Shown: piece by piece, positions 9,448 through 18,849 of the stretch
Position numbering within the stretch: the stretch's first letter is position 1
How the letters are laid out: each line of letters opens with the position of its first letter
Program-made: the position numbers and the translations under genes
From: an uncultured Acidimicrobiales bacterium
Lineage (GTDB): Bacteria > Actinomycetota > Acidimicrobiia > Acidimicrobiales > JANYDT01
Direction of reading: 5' to 3'
DNA: 64,000 nucleotides
NCBI GenBank assembly: GCA_963763885.1
Contig: CAVXQD010000007.1
Coordinates: forward strand, 495,919 to 559,918
The notes under the pieces: generated by a model
The model's database searches: none
What the model saw: only the letters and a program-made list of their open reading frames with translations
What the model was told of the DNA's origin: nothing

Positions 9448-10536
9448 TCAGCCTGCAGGCGGAGGGGAAAGGGGGCTGACGTCGGTTCCAACCACGTAGG
9501 TCGCTACGAAGCCTGCATGGTCACTTCCCGGAATCACGACGTCACGCAACGTCAGCGGCGCAATTGGTCCGGAGTAGAACGCGTGGTCCAGGCGCATGAA
9601 CCGCGGTACCAGCCGCATGTCACGCGGCCACGAGGCAGAGAGTCCAAACCCCATTGCTTCGTGAGTGCTGCGCAGTCCGTTGTCGAACAGCTGACCGGTG
9701 ACGGGCAGCCATCGCGTGCCGTTGAGGTCACCCGCGATGATCAGCGGAGTTCCGCCGACCAACGTTTTCTCCGAACGTGCACGCAGTGCCTCGTCTTGCA
9801 AGATCCGGACCGTGTTCACAAACGCAGTGTCGGAGCCCTTTACCGTCAACGGAACCGGATGTGCACCGATGATCCGCACCGTGGTTCCACCATCAAGCGT
9901 CACGTCGACGGCGAGGAGTGGGCACCCCGGACTAGCTGACCCGCTGACGGCAAGTTGCCGGGGTTGGTTGGCAAACTTCAACCGCGAGAAAATGACGGTT
10001 CGCCACGTCCCTTCGGCACCGTTCTCTGCGAGGTACGGGTACGCGTTGAGCGCGCCGGACCGACGCAGTTGCGCTTCGATGGGTTTCGCCAATTCATGGA
10101 AGACGAGGACATCGGCGTCCTGCTGAAGCACTTGGCGAGAAAAGTCCGTTTCGTTGTCGACATAGACGTTTGCTGAGAAGACGCGAACAGTCCGAGCGGA
10201 GTCGATCACCCCCGAAGCGAAGGCCGCCGCTGGTTGAGAACGAACTGCCGGATACACGCTGAACCCGTAGACGATGCACAACAACAGCGACATTGCGAAA
10301 CGGATGGGGTGACCGCGCCACGCCGTGATCGCCAACGCAAACCACACAGGGAGCAACGTCAGCGGGAGCGCCGCCTGCGCAAGCACCGCATACGTGGAGC
10401 CACGCCAACCAATCAGCCGGGTAAAGACCGTGATTGCACCGGCCACGATGATGATTGCGGCCAGGACATCAAGGAGCGACGCTCCCACCGAGTCCTCGGA
10501 TCCGCCCCTGGATCGGGTGGAGCGGAGCGACGGCAT
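9448..10536 (-). CDS. membrane-anchored endonuclease/exonuclease/phosphatase (EEP) family protein
   Basis: N-terminal TM helices, then an EEP-like core (VFSANVY..., AGDLNGT, GSDHAGF). Confidence 0.7.
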   Translation of the reverse strand: MPSLRSTRSRGGSEDSVGASLLDVLAAIIIVAGAITVFTRLIGWRGSTYAVLAQAALPLTLLPVWFALAITAWRGHPIRFAMSLLLCIVYGFSVYPAVRSQPAAAFASGVIDSARTVRVFSANVYVDNETDFSRQVLQQDADVLVFHELAKPIEAQLRRSGALNAYPYLAENGAEGTWRTVIFSRLKFANQPRQLAVSGSASPGCPLLAVDVTLDGGTTVRIIGAHPVPLTVKGSDTAFVNTVRILQDEALRARSEKTLVGGTPLIIAGDLNGTRWLPVTGQLFDNGLRSTHEAMGFGLSASWPRDMRLVPRFMRLDHAFYSGPIAPLTLRDVVIPGSDHAGFVATYVVGTDVSPLSPPPAG

Positions 10537-10707
10537 GGATCACAGTCTGCCGCGGTTCGGATCGTCGGGCAGGGACGCCACCGCGAGAATCGATCTCTTG
10601 ACGGCGGATTGACGGCGTCTTGAAGTCAGGGGTCCCTCAGGGTTTCTCCATTGCATCTTTCGCAGCATGTGGAGTGACCGCAAGAACCCTGGGATAGTGT
10701 CCGAAGC

Positions 10708-11925
10708 GTGACGAGTTCGGCAGGCGTACGGCGGTTCCGCGACACCCCGGCCAGGCTTGCGTTTCAGCGCAATCTGCTCACCGGCCTCATCGTTGCGTGG
10801 GCGCTTGGCACCATCGGGGTGCTCGGCGTTGTTCGTTCCGCTTCCACAAAGGTGTCCAAAGCGGCCGAACAGGTTGCCTTGGTACAGCAGACCAAAGTGC
10901 AACTCACCCGCGCTGACTCGCTGGCAACATCTGGTTATCTGACCGGCGGCCTTCAGAGTGACCAAGCGTTGGCCGCGTTCGCCGCAGATATGGCTGCTGC
11001 CAATACGGGCCTTGCTGGGATATCTCGCGGCGTCGGCGGCAACCGGGCAACAGACACTCTGACGGCTATCAACTCGTACCTCACCGATGTCACCGCGGCG
11101 CAAGCAAACAATCGTCAAGGGTGGCCGGTGGGCGCCACCTATCAGAAGACGGCTTCGGCAAACCTTCGCTCCAACATCTTGCCAAGCCTCGATGCCGTGG
11201 ACCGGGCTGCACGGGACAGTGTTGTTGTCGCTGGCCGCAGGCTCGGCTGGACCTGGGCCATTGCATCGCTGTTCGGCTTGTTGGTCGTCGTTCCACTTGG
11301 ACTTGCGCTCGCAACCCTTGCGGCGCACACCAACCGGCTCCTCAACCTCCCAATCGTTTTGGGCTTTGCGGTGGCGTTCGTCGCCTTCTTACTGACGTCA
11401 AGTATTGCTGGGACCACCAAAACCGAGGGATTGCGCGGCATTCGCACCACCTTCCGCAATGAGGACCTTGCCGGCCAGGCGCGGGTTGCGTTGTACAACG
11501 CAAAGTCCGCCGAGGCACTCACGCTTATTGCTCGCGGGAGTGGGCAGCCCTACGAACTGCAGTGGCGCCAAAACATGTCAGACCTCGACGCGGTGATCAC
11601 CGCACAACCGTCGATGCGACTCGATCCCGTCCTCACCGAGGCAGTTGCGCGGTATCGAGCCAGCCACACCGAAGTCCGCAAGCTCGATGATTCCGGAGAC
11701 TGGGACTCTGCTCGAGAGATTGTGCTGGCCTCCGAAGGCGAACTCTCGGCCCCTGCGTTTCAATCCCTCGACGATGCAATCAACCTTGATTTCGGCGGAA
11801 ATGTAATCGGCTCCGATGTTGGTCGCGACATCACCATCGCCCAGGTGGTCATCGGGTTGGCTGCGCTTGTCGCAGCGGCGTTGGTTCGAACTGGTTATGC
11901 GCAGCGGCTGAAGGAATACCAATGA
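10708..11925 (+). CDS. GlnX-like four-TM membrane protein
   Basis: GTG start. Four predicted TM helices with two large helical extracytoplasmic regions. It sits immediately upstream of a GlnH-like gene and in the same operon as a PknG-like kinase, as in mycobacterial and corynebacterial glnX-glnH-pknG. Confidence 0.55.
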   Translation: MTSSAGVRRFRDTPARLAFQRNLLTGLIVAWALGTIGVLGVVRSASTKVSKAAEQVALVQQTKVQLTRADSLATSGYLTGGLQSDQALAAFAADMAAANTGLAGISRGVGGNRATDTLTAINSYLTDVTAAQANNRQGWPVGATYQKTASANLRSNILPSLDAVDRAARDSVVVAGRRLGWTWAIASLFGLLVVVPLGLALATLAAHTNRLLNLPIVLGFAVAFVAFLLTSSIAGTTKTEGLRGIRTTFRNEDLAGQARVALYNAKSAEALTLIARGSGQPYELQWRQNMSDLDAVITAQPSMRLDPVLTEAVARYRASHTEVRKLDDSGDWDSAREIVLASEGELSAPAFQSLDDAINLDFGGNVIGSDVGRDITIAQVVIGLAALVAAALVRTGYAQRLKEYQ

Positions 11926-13013
11926 GCAAGAGCCAGCGGAATGTTCGCCCCACCAAGGTCGATCCCACGAAGGTCGATCCCAGCAAGGTTGTGCCGACTG
12001 TTCAGGCCCCGGCCTCCGCTCGCTCAACAGCGCGCTGGAAAATCGCTGCTCTCATCGTTGCGACGGCCGTCGGTGTCTGGAGTCTCGGCCGGTCAGGTCG
12101 GTTCGTCCTCGGTTCCGACGAGATTGGCATCGTCACGGGCCTTCCACCAGATCCTCTCCCCGCGCCAGCTCAACCCCCAACGGCTAACGAAGACTGCCGC
12201 GGGTTTGACGCACGGGCGTCCTACCCCTCCAACGAGACGCCACAACCCTCCCCTGCTGTTGCACGGATCAAAGCACGCGGCAAGTTGATTGCTGGCGTCA
12301 GCGCAGACACGCTGCTGTTCGGTGCCCGCAACTCGCTCACGGGAAAGCTCGAGGGCCTCGACGTCGATCTGATTCGTCAACTTGCCATCAACATCTTCGG
12401 CAGCAACGCAAACGACGAACACGTCCAGTTCCGCGTCATCACCTACGCCGACCGACTCCCGTTGTTGGAAGCAGGGAGCATCGACGTTGTGGCACACACG
12501 ATGACCATCAACTGCGCCCGTTGGAACCGAATTGCGTTCTCGTCGGAGTACTACAGCGCGGGCCAACAGTTGCTGGTCAAGAGTGACTCCACCGCCAAAG
12601 AGATTGAAGATCTACCCAAGCAATCTCGCGTGTGCGTCCCAAGCGGTGGCACCAGCGTGGAGAACTTGGCCAAGTTCACAGACAACGCATTCAAACCTGT
12701 CGAAGTTGACGACATCACGCAATGCCTGGTGCTGATGCAGCAGGGCGCGGCCGATGCAGTGTTGTCAGACGACACCGTGGTGAAAGGAATGGCCCGCCAA
12801 GATCCGTACGTCAAAGTGGTTGGCCGTTTCCTTTCCGAAGAGCCATACGGAATGGGATTCAACGCCAAAGACACCGACCTTGTTCAGGTCACCAACGCAA
12901 TGCTGGATTCCATCCGCACCGGTGGGACGTTTGCGACAATCCTTACAGCGAACAATCTCCCCACCGACGCGCTCCCATCACCTAATACCAGCCGTCCGCT
13001 TCCGGCCGCGTGA
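11922..13013 (+). CDS. glnH: family-3 solute-binding protein, GlnH-like (Glu/Asp/Gln binding)
   Basis: ATGA overlap with the upstream gene. N-terminal TM/signal region, then ...KARGKLIAGVSADTLLFG...ITYADRLPLLEAGSIDVVAHTMTIN..R...FSSEYYSAGQQLLV, a typical SBP_bac_3 pattern. Confidence 0.8.
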   Translation: MSKSQRNVRPTKVDPTKVDPSKVVPTVQAPASARSTARWKIAALIVATAVGVWSLGRSGRFVLGSDEIGIVTGLPPDPLPAPAQPPTANEDCRGFDARASYPSNETPQPSPAVARIKARGKLIAGVSADTLLFGARNSLTGKLEGLDVDLIRQLAINIFGSNANDEHVQFRVITYADRLPLLEAGSIDVVAHTMTINCARWNRIAFSSEYYSAGQQLLVKSDSTAKEIEDLPKQSRVCVPSGGTSVENLAKFTDNAFKPVEVDDITQCLVLMQQGAADAVLSDDTVVKGMARQDPYVKVVGRFLSEEPYGMGFNAKDTDLVQVTNAMLDSIRTGGTFATILTANNLPTDALPSPNTSRPLPAA

Positions 13014-14152
13014 ACAGTTCCGGTTCCGTGACCCAGCCAACGCATCCGCAGCCACCCGCCTTGCCAGCCCAAGGCACGCAACTGCCACCGGACCGAACGC
13101 AGGCGATCGTCAACGCGTTTCGCTCGTGGTCGTCTGAAACTGGAGCCCAGCTTCTCGACCTGGATGCGTTACTTGCCCCGCTCCCCGACGAGGCCCATCA
13201 GGACCACACGCTTGCCTTTGTCATCTGGCAGGCAACCGACGCTGCCATCACCGCTGCACAAGAGCTGCCTTTGGGCACGGCCGACCAGCGCCTTGCTCCG
13301 TTGCGTAACCCGATTGTGGGAACCGACGGCAGTCAGCTTGCCCAGAACGCAGTCGAGGCTGGCGCCATCATCAGTGCACTTATTGATTCCACGCAAAGCC
13401 GAATCGATACAAACGAGGGGCGCTTAGCCGCAACGGCTGGTGTCGCCGCAGATCTCGCCCTCGCAGCGCCGCTGGTGAAGTCGTTGTCCATGAACGCCGC
13501 GTTACACAGGCAGCTGTTGGATCAATCGGTGGACCCAGTCCTCACGGCCAACCACAGCGCCCTTGCAGCGTTGGTCCGTGATGCTGCGGCACTCCGAATC
13601 GACCTGGAGTCCGCAGACAAAGAACGCTCGCAACTGTTGGCTGGACACAAGGTTGACCACCAGCAGATCGAAGCGTTGCGCACCCTGGAGTCCGAAGCAC
13701 GCAAGCTTGCAGCTGACGCCGCCGAAAAGGTAGTCAACATCACCCCACGCGGCATCGTTTCTGTTGACGCACTGGGAACACCACCGGACCTGAGTTCCAT
13801 GGCCGACGCGCCGTGGCCAGCGGTGCGCAATCTCCTTTCAGAACGCGCCACCAAACTGCAACGAGCCGAGACGTCGCTTCGCCAAGTGATCTCCAGCAGT
13901 CAATCTGCGCTCGCCGAGCGCAATGAACTCCGACAAATGGTCGACGCGTTTCGCGCCAAGGCAATGGCATCGCGCATCGGCGAAGTGCCCGATGTCAACG
14001 CCGCATACCAAGCCGCTCGGCAGTTGCTGTGGACGGCCCCAAGTGACCTCACCGCAGCTCGGACGGCAGTCACCACGTACCAAAAGGTAGTAAGCGATTA
14101 TACGGTGTCGGCCAAGAAGGCCAGCACCAGTCAACCGGAGGTGCACCGATGA
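13010..14152 (+). CDS. hypothetical Ala/Leu/Gln-rich, predicted coiled-coil protein
   Basis: 380-aa ORF with stop-start overlaps at both ends (13010-13013, 14149-14152). I recognise no motif. Confidence 0.6.
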   Translation: MNSSGSVTQPTHPQPPALPAQGTQLPPDRTQAIVNAFRSWSSETGAQLLDLDALLAPLPDEAHQDHTLAFVIWQATDAAITAAQELPLGTADQRLAPLRNPIVGTDGSQLAQNAVEAGAIISALIDSTQSRIDTNEGRLAATAGVAADLALAAPLVKSLSMNAALHRQLLDQSVDPVLTANHSALAALVRDAAALRIDLESADKERSQLLAGHKVDHQQIEALRTLESEARKLAADAAEKVVNITPRGIVSVDALGTPPDLSSMADAPWPAVRNLLSERATKLQRAETSLRQVISSSQSALAERNELRQMVDAFRAKAMASRIGEVPDVNAAYQAARQLLWTAPSDLTAARTAVTTYQKVVSDYTVSAKKASTSQPEVHR

Positions 14153-16443
14153 GCCCAGCGAGCGCAACTGGCCGCTGCACCCAACCAGGTTGCGGCGGCA
14201 CCATCGACAGCGGGTACTGCGACACCTGCGGTATCGCCCCCACGTCATCGGCACCGGCAAACTCACCGGCAAGCTCAGCGTCCGCGTCCAGTGCCGGTTC
14301 AGGTCCCGGGTCTGGCGCAGCCGCTTCGGGGTCCGCACGTGTCACCGGGTCCATCGCCAGGTCAATGAGGCAAAGCAGCCAGGTCACCAGCAGCACCACC
14401 GTCCTTGGGACTGCCGCAATGGGAACCGCACGTTCCGCTGCCGGCACTCCGGCAAGCATCAGAACCAGGCGTATCGGGGCAACCGCCGACCGGTCCCGGC
14501 TTGGCGTTGGGCTGGTCAACATTCCAACGGCTCCAGACATTGACCCCGCGGCCGCAGTCATTCCCAACGCCCAAGTGAGCGAGGAGAAGCGGTTCTGCTC
14601 AACGTGCAACAAACCGGTTGGTCGAGGCCGAGACGGACAGCCCGGCCGGGTCAAAGGGTTCTGCCCAGCCTGTGGCGCAGCGTTCGATTTTGCACCTCGT
14701 CTCAGCCCCGGCACGTTGCTTGGCTCCCAGTACGAAGTGGTTGGTCCCATCGCACACGGCGGCATGGGCTGGATCTACCTCGGCCGGGACAAGAACCTGT
14801 CGGGTCGGTTCGTGGTCATCAAGGGTCTCGTCAACGCCGCAGACAAAGACTTGCAGCAGGCGGTCATCACGGAGAAAGGCTTCCTCGCGGAAGTCAGCCA
14901 TCCGCTCATCGTCGAGGTCTTCAACTTCGTCGGCCACGAAGGCGTCAACTACATCGTGATGGAGTACGTGGGCGGCAAGACGCTCAACGATCTCCTCAAA
15001 GAACGTATCAAGGCCAACAACGGCGTCTACGCGCCGCTGCCACTCGACCAGGCAATTGCGTTCATCGTTGAAGTGCTGCCTGCGTTCACGTATCTGCACA
15101 ACAAGGGCCTGATCTACTGCGACTTCAAGCCCGCCAACCTCATGCAGGTCGGCGACGGTGTGAAGCTCATCGACCTCGGCGGTGTCAGGCGCGTCGAAGA
15201 CCAAGACAGCGCTCTTTACGGAACCATCGGTTTCCAAGCGCCAGAGGTGCCCGACCGTGGGGCATCTGTTGCTTCCGATATTTATACGATTGCCCGCACA
15301 CTTGCTGTTCTCACGTTCGAGTTCCGCGGGTATCAGAGCAACTTCGTCGATACCATCCCTGACCCATCCGCTGTTGCGTTGTTCGCGGAGCACGACTCGT
15401 ATTACCGCTTGCTCAGCAAAGCCACTGCTCCTCAGCCAGAGGATCGATTCCAGACCGCTGAAGAGTTCCGCGAGCAGCTCATTGGTGTGCTGCGCGAAGT
15501 TGTGGCCGCGCGAAGTACCGATGGTAGCCAGCGCACAGTTCCTTCGCCGCATTTCGGGGCGCCAGGAATTGCCGCCGAACCGACGTGGGCAGACCTTCCC
15601 GAGCTACGGGTCGACCCGGCAGACCCAGCAGCTTCTTGGTTGGCTGCCATCACGGTTGTGGACCCGCAAGAGCAGTTGGCGCAGCTTGGTCAGTCCCCGG
15701 TCGGAGAAACAGCGGGGGTCCATGCCCGACGGGCGTTGGCCCTGCTCGCCGCGCAGCAGCCGGCGGCCGCAGCAGCCGAAGGCACCACCATCCTGTCCAA
15801 AGATCCGTGGGAGTGGCGCGGCGTCTGGGTGCAAGGTCTCGCTGCGCTCGCCGAGGGCCGCAACGACGACGCCGTGCAGGCGTTCAACGCTGTCTACGGG
15901 CAACTTCCAGGGGAGCTCGCTCCCAAGCTTGCGTTGGCTCGGGCTTGCGAAATCGTCGGTCGGCTCGACGCCGCGGCTTCCCTCTACGAAGTATGCGCGC
16001 AGACTGATGCCGCCTACAGTTCCATCGGCTTGCTTGGCTTGGCACGAATGGCTCGCCTCAAAGGTGACGTGCCCGCAACGCTCACGGCGCTGGAACGAGT
16101 CCCTCCAACAAGCCGCCTCTACGGTGAATCAAAGATTCGCCGTGCAACCGCTTTGCTGGAACGAGCACTTGCCCCAACCCAGGGCGCCAACGCTTCGCAG
16201 GCAGCCGACGATCTTCGTCAGGCCCTCGATGAACACGAGGCTGCGGGCGCACCGCCGTTGGAGCACATCGGGTTCCGCAATCAGGTTCTGCGCCACCTGG
16301 TCAGCCTCACGCCTGGCGTCCCCAAACTCCGTACGGATCTGGAAGCATCGTTGCGGGCTCAGGCCCGCCTCGCCCCCACGTATCAAGAGCGCGTCGAACT
16401 GGTCGACGAAGCAAACCGAGTGAGGAACAAGTCCCTTTTCTAG
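14149..16443 (+). CDS. pknG: PknG-like Ser/Thr protein kinase (zinc ribbon + rubredoxin-like CxxCG pair + kinase + TPR)
   Basis: CTQPGCGG...CDTCG; CSTCNK...CPACG; kinase core YEVVGPIAHGGMGWIYLGRD...VVIKGL...YCDFKPANLM...DLGG; Ala-rich TPR-like C-terminus. Confidence 0.85.
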   Translation: MSPASATGRCTQPGCGGTIDSGYCDTCGIAPTSSAPANSPASSASASSAGSGPGSGAAASGSARVTGSIARSMRQSSQVTSSTTVLGTAAMGTARSAAGTPASIRTRRIGATADRSRLGVGLVNIPTAPDIDPAAAVIPNAQVSEEKRFCSTCNKPVGRGRDGQPGRVKGFCPACGAAFDFAPRLSPGTLLGSQYEVVGPIAHGGMGWIYLGRDKNLSGRFVVIKGLVNAADKDLQQAVITEKGFLAEVSHPLIVEVFNFVGHEGVNYIVMEYVGGKTLNDLLKERIKANNGVYAPLPLDQAIAFIVEVLPAFTYLHNKGLIYCDFKPANLMQVGDGVKLIDLGGVRRVEDQDSALYGTIGFQAPEVPDRGASVASDIYTIARTLAVLTFEFRGYQSNFVDTIPDPSAVALFAEHDSYYRLLSKATAPQPEDRFQTAEEFREQLIGVLREVVAARSTDGSQRTVPSPHFGAPGIAAEPTWADLPELRVDPADPAASWLAAITVVDPQEQLAQLGQSPVGETAGVHARRALALLAAQQPAAAAAEGTTILSKDPWEWRGVWVQGLAALAEGRNDDAVQAFNAVYGQLPGELAPKLALARACEIVGRLDAAASLYEVCAQTDAAYSSIGLLGLARMARLKGDVPATLTALERVPPTSRLYGESKIRRATALLERALAPTQGANASQAADDLRQALDEHEAAGAPPLEHIGFRNQVLRHLVSLTPGVPKLRTDLEASLRAQARLAPTYQERVELVDEANRVRNKSLF

Positions 16444-16451
16444 GGCTACAC

Positions 16452-17537
16452 ATGGTCTGTTCTTCCTGTGCAGCAACCAACCCAGCCGATGCCGCCTTCT
16501 GCGAAGCGTGCGGTGCGTCGACTGGCGCGCAAGCAACGAGTGCATCGGCTGAATCGCAACAAGGACAAGAGCTTCTTCCCGGCGAGTCCAGCGTGGCCAC
16601 CATGCCGAACGTGTCAACGATGCCGAACGTGTCCAACGTTGCCAACTTGCCATGTGTGGCGTGCGGCAACGTGGTGGAGGACCAGTACTGCACCGAGTGC
16701 GGAGTGAAGCAGCCTTCACCACGCGACCATTTCGAAATCCTGTTCTCGTCGCGTCTTGCTGGAGTCTGCGACCGAGGCATTCTGCACGCTGCCAACCAAG
16801 ATGCCATGGCAATTGCACCTGGCCCAGACCAGCAGTCCGGCGTCTTAGTGGTGTGCGACGGAGTCACCAGTGCGCCGTTGAGCGAACGGGCATCTCTTGC
16901 AGCCGCAGCTGCGGCGTGCACGGTGCTGGAAGCGGGCTTTCGGACTGAGCCAGCAGCTCGCACCGAAGCATTCTGGGCCGATGCACTGCGCACCTCGTGC
17001 ACCATCGGGCAGGCCGAAACCGTTGCGGTGGCGCGCACCCTCGGCGACCCGCCAGAGCCTCCGTCGTGCACGTTTGTGGCGGTCGTCATCGAGGCCGGGG
17101 TGCTGCACATTGGCTGCTGCGGGGACTCTCGCGCATACTGGTTGCCCGATGCCGGCGATGGGCTAATCCTCAGCACCGACGACTCCATCGCTTCACAACT
17201 CATCGCTGGCGGGATGCCGAGGGCCACTGCTGAAGCAGACTCACGCGCGCATACGATCACTCGCTGGTTGGGCGCGGACTCCCATGATCCCACCGCCCGA
17301 GTCGGGACGGTCAAGGTGTCAGGCGATGGCTGGGTAGCCGTTGTTTCCGACGGTATGTGGAACTACGCGTCAGAGCCTGCCGCCCTTAAGGCCCAGATGA
17401 GCAATGTCGATGCACTCACCAACGCGCGGTCCATGGTGCAGTATGCCAACGCCCAAGGCGGAGTGGACAACATCACCGTCACGTTGTTGCGGCTAGGCAA
17501 CCCTTCGTCTGAATCCCCAGCAGAATCCAACTTGTAA
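16452..17537 (+). CDS. PP2C (PPM) Ser/Thr phosphatase with N-terminal double zinc ribbon
   Basis: CSSCAATNPADAAFCEACG and CVACGNVVEDQYCTECG, then PPM motifs (NQDA, VCDGV, GDSRAY, SDGMWN, GGVDNITV). Confidence 0.85.
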   Translation: MVCSSCAATNPADAAFCEACGASTGAQATSASAESQQGQELLPGESSVATMPNVSTMPNVSNVANLPCVACGNVVEDQYCTECGVKQPSPRDHFEILFSSRLAGVCDRGILHAANQDAMAIAPGPDQQSGVLVVCDGVTSAPLSERASLAAAAAACTVLEAGFRTEPAARTEAFWADALRTSCTIGQAETVAVARTLGDPPEPPSCTFVAVVIEAGVLHIGCCGDSRAYWLPDAGDGLILSTDDSIASQLIAGGMPRATAEADSRAHTITRWLGADSHDPTARVGTVKVSGDGWVAVVSDGMWNYASEPAALKAQMSNVDALTNARSMVQYANAQGGVDNITVTLLRLGNPSSESPAESNL

Positions 17538-17547
17538 AGGCCAACCG

Positions 17548-18849
17548 ATGCCAACCTTCAGCGCGCAGACCTTTCAGAACGAGTACGTCGCAGACGGCGC
17601 CGACGAGATTCACGCCATCGTCACCGTGACCTGCAGCGGGACAGGGGCCTCGTCCACTGCACCCTCGTCCGGCACCGCAGCCGAAGTGCTCATCATCGAT
17701 GCGTCCGGCTCCATGGAGTCGCCGCCCACCAAGATTGCGGCAGCCCGACGCGCAGGCATGGCAGCAATCGATGAGATCAGCGACGGTGTCTATTTCGCCG
17801 TCATTGCCGGGCGCAGCCAGCCGCAGATGGTGTACCCGTTCCAGACCGAGTTGGTGCGGATGGACGCTCAGCAGCGAGTCAACGCGAAGCAGGCCGTCGA
17901 GTGGCTGAAGGCCGATGGAGCCACCCCGCTTGGCACCTGGCTGATGGCAGCGCGCGGTTTGTTCTCCACGGTGATGGCAGACAAGCGTCACGCCATTCTG
18001 CTCACCGACGGACGCCAGGAAGGCGAAGAGCCCCACGTGCTGGATTACGCGCTGTCGCAGTGCCAGGGCGTGTTTCAGTGCGACTGTCGTGGCATCGGAG
18101 CCGACTGGGAAGTTGAACAACTCCGGCGCATTTCATCTGCGCTCATGGGAACGGTCGACATCGTGGCCAAACCAGAAGATCTCGACGACGACTTCCGTCA
18201 GATGATGCAGACATCAATGTCTCGGGGTGTGGCCGACGTGCGGCTGCGGGTGTGGGCTCCACAGGGTTCGCAGCTGCTGTTTGTGCGCCAGGTTGCCCCG
18301 CAGGTTGAGGACATGACGTCGCGTGCAACGCAGGTCGGCCCGCTCATCAGGGAATTCGGTACCGGCGCGTGGGCCAACGAATCTCGGGACTATCACGTTG
18401 CCGTGAAGGTTCCGCCGGCTCCTGTTGGTAACGAACGTTTGTCTGCGCGCGTAGAAGTTGTTGTCAACGATGAGGTGCAGGCAAAGGCACTGGTCAGGGC
18501 CGTGTGGTCAAACGACGTTGCTATGACTACCCGCATGAACTCTGCTGTTGCGCACTACACCGGCCAAGCTGAGCTGGCGGATGCCATTCAGCAGGGTCTT
18601 GCAGCCAAAGCCGCAGGTGATGAGAACGCAGCCACCGTGCTGCTGGGTAAGGCAGCCAAGTTGGCTCACGACACCAACAACGAGGCGACTATGCGGCTGT
18701 TGAAGAAGGTCGTCGAAGTGGACGATGCCGATGCCGGCACCGTGCGCTTGCGACGCGACGTCGAGAAGTCAGACGAGATGGCCCTCGATACTCGCAGTAC
18801 CAAGACCGTGCGTATCAGCAGAACTCCGCCAACGGGAGCGCAACCATGA
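17548..18849 (+). CDS. vWA domain protein
   Basis: MIDAS-type DASGSM, ...GATPLG..., ILLTDGRQ; long helical C-terminal region. Confidence 0.8.
   Translation: MPTFSAQTFQNEYVADGADEIHAIVTVTCSGTGASSTAPSSGTAAEVLIIDASGSMESPPTKIAAARRAGMAAIDEISDGVYFAVIAGRSQPQMVYPFQTELVRMDAQQRVNAKQAVEWLKADGATPLGTWLMAARGLFSTVMADKRHAILLTDGRQEGEEPHVLDYALSQCQGVFQCDCRGIGADWEVEQLRRISSALMGTVDIVAKPEDLDDDFRQMMQTSMSRGVADVRLRVWAPQGSQLLFVRQVAPQVEDMTSRATQVGPLIREFGTGAWANESRDYHVAVKVPPAPVGNERLSARVEVVVNDEVQAKALVRAVWSNDVAMTTRMNSAVAHYTGQAELADAIQQGLAAKAAGDENAATVLLGKAAKLAHDTNNEATMRLLKKVVEVDDADAGTVRLRRDVEKSDEMALDTRSTKTVRISRTPPTGAQP

Noticed and set aside
10597-10625. Triple TTGAC(G) direct repeat (cttgacggcggattgacggcgtcttgaag) as stacked -35 boxes for the glnX operon
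   Set aside because: No acceptable -10 hexamer lies at 16-18 bp from any copy, so I cannot support a promoter call from sequence alone.
14599-15552. 317-aa minus-strand ORF antisense to the kinase gene. Similar long antisense or out-of-frame ORFs: 6862..7893, 15182..16423, 19938..21047, 39875..40750, 42671..43807, 49957..50624, 61831..63123
   Set aside because: All lie entirely within stronger genes that have recognisable motifs. Their products are Arg/Gly/Pro-biased with no motifs, as expected for stop-poor alternative frames in high-GC DNA.
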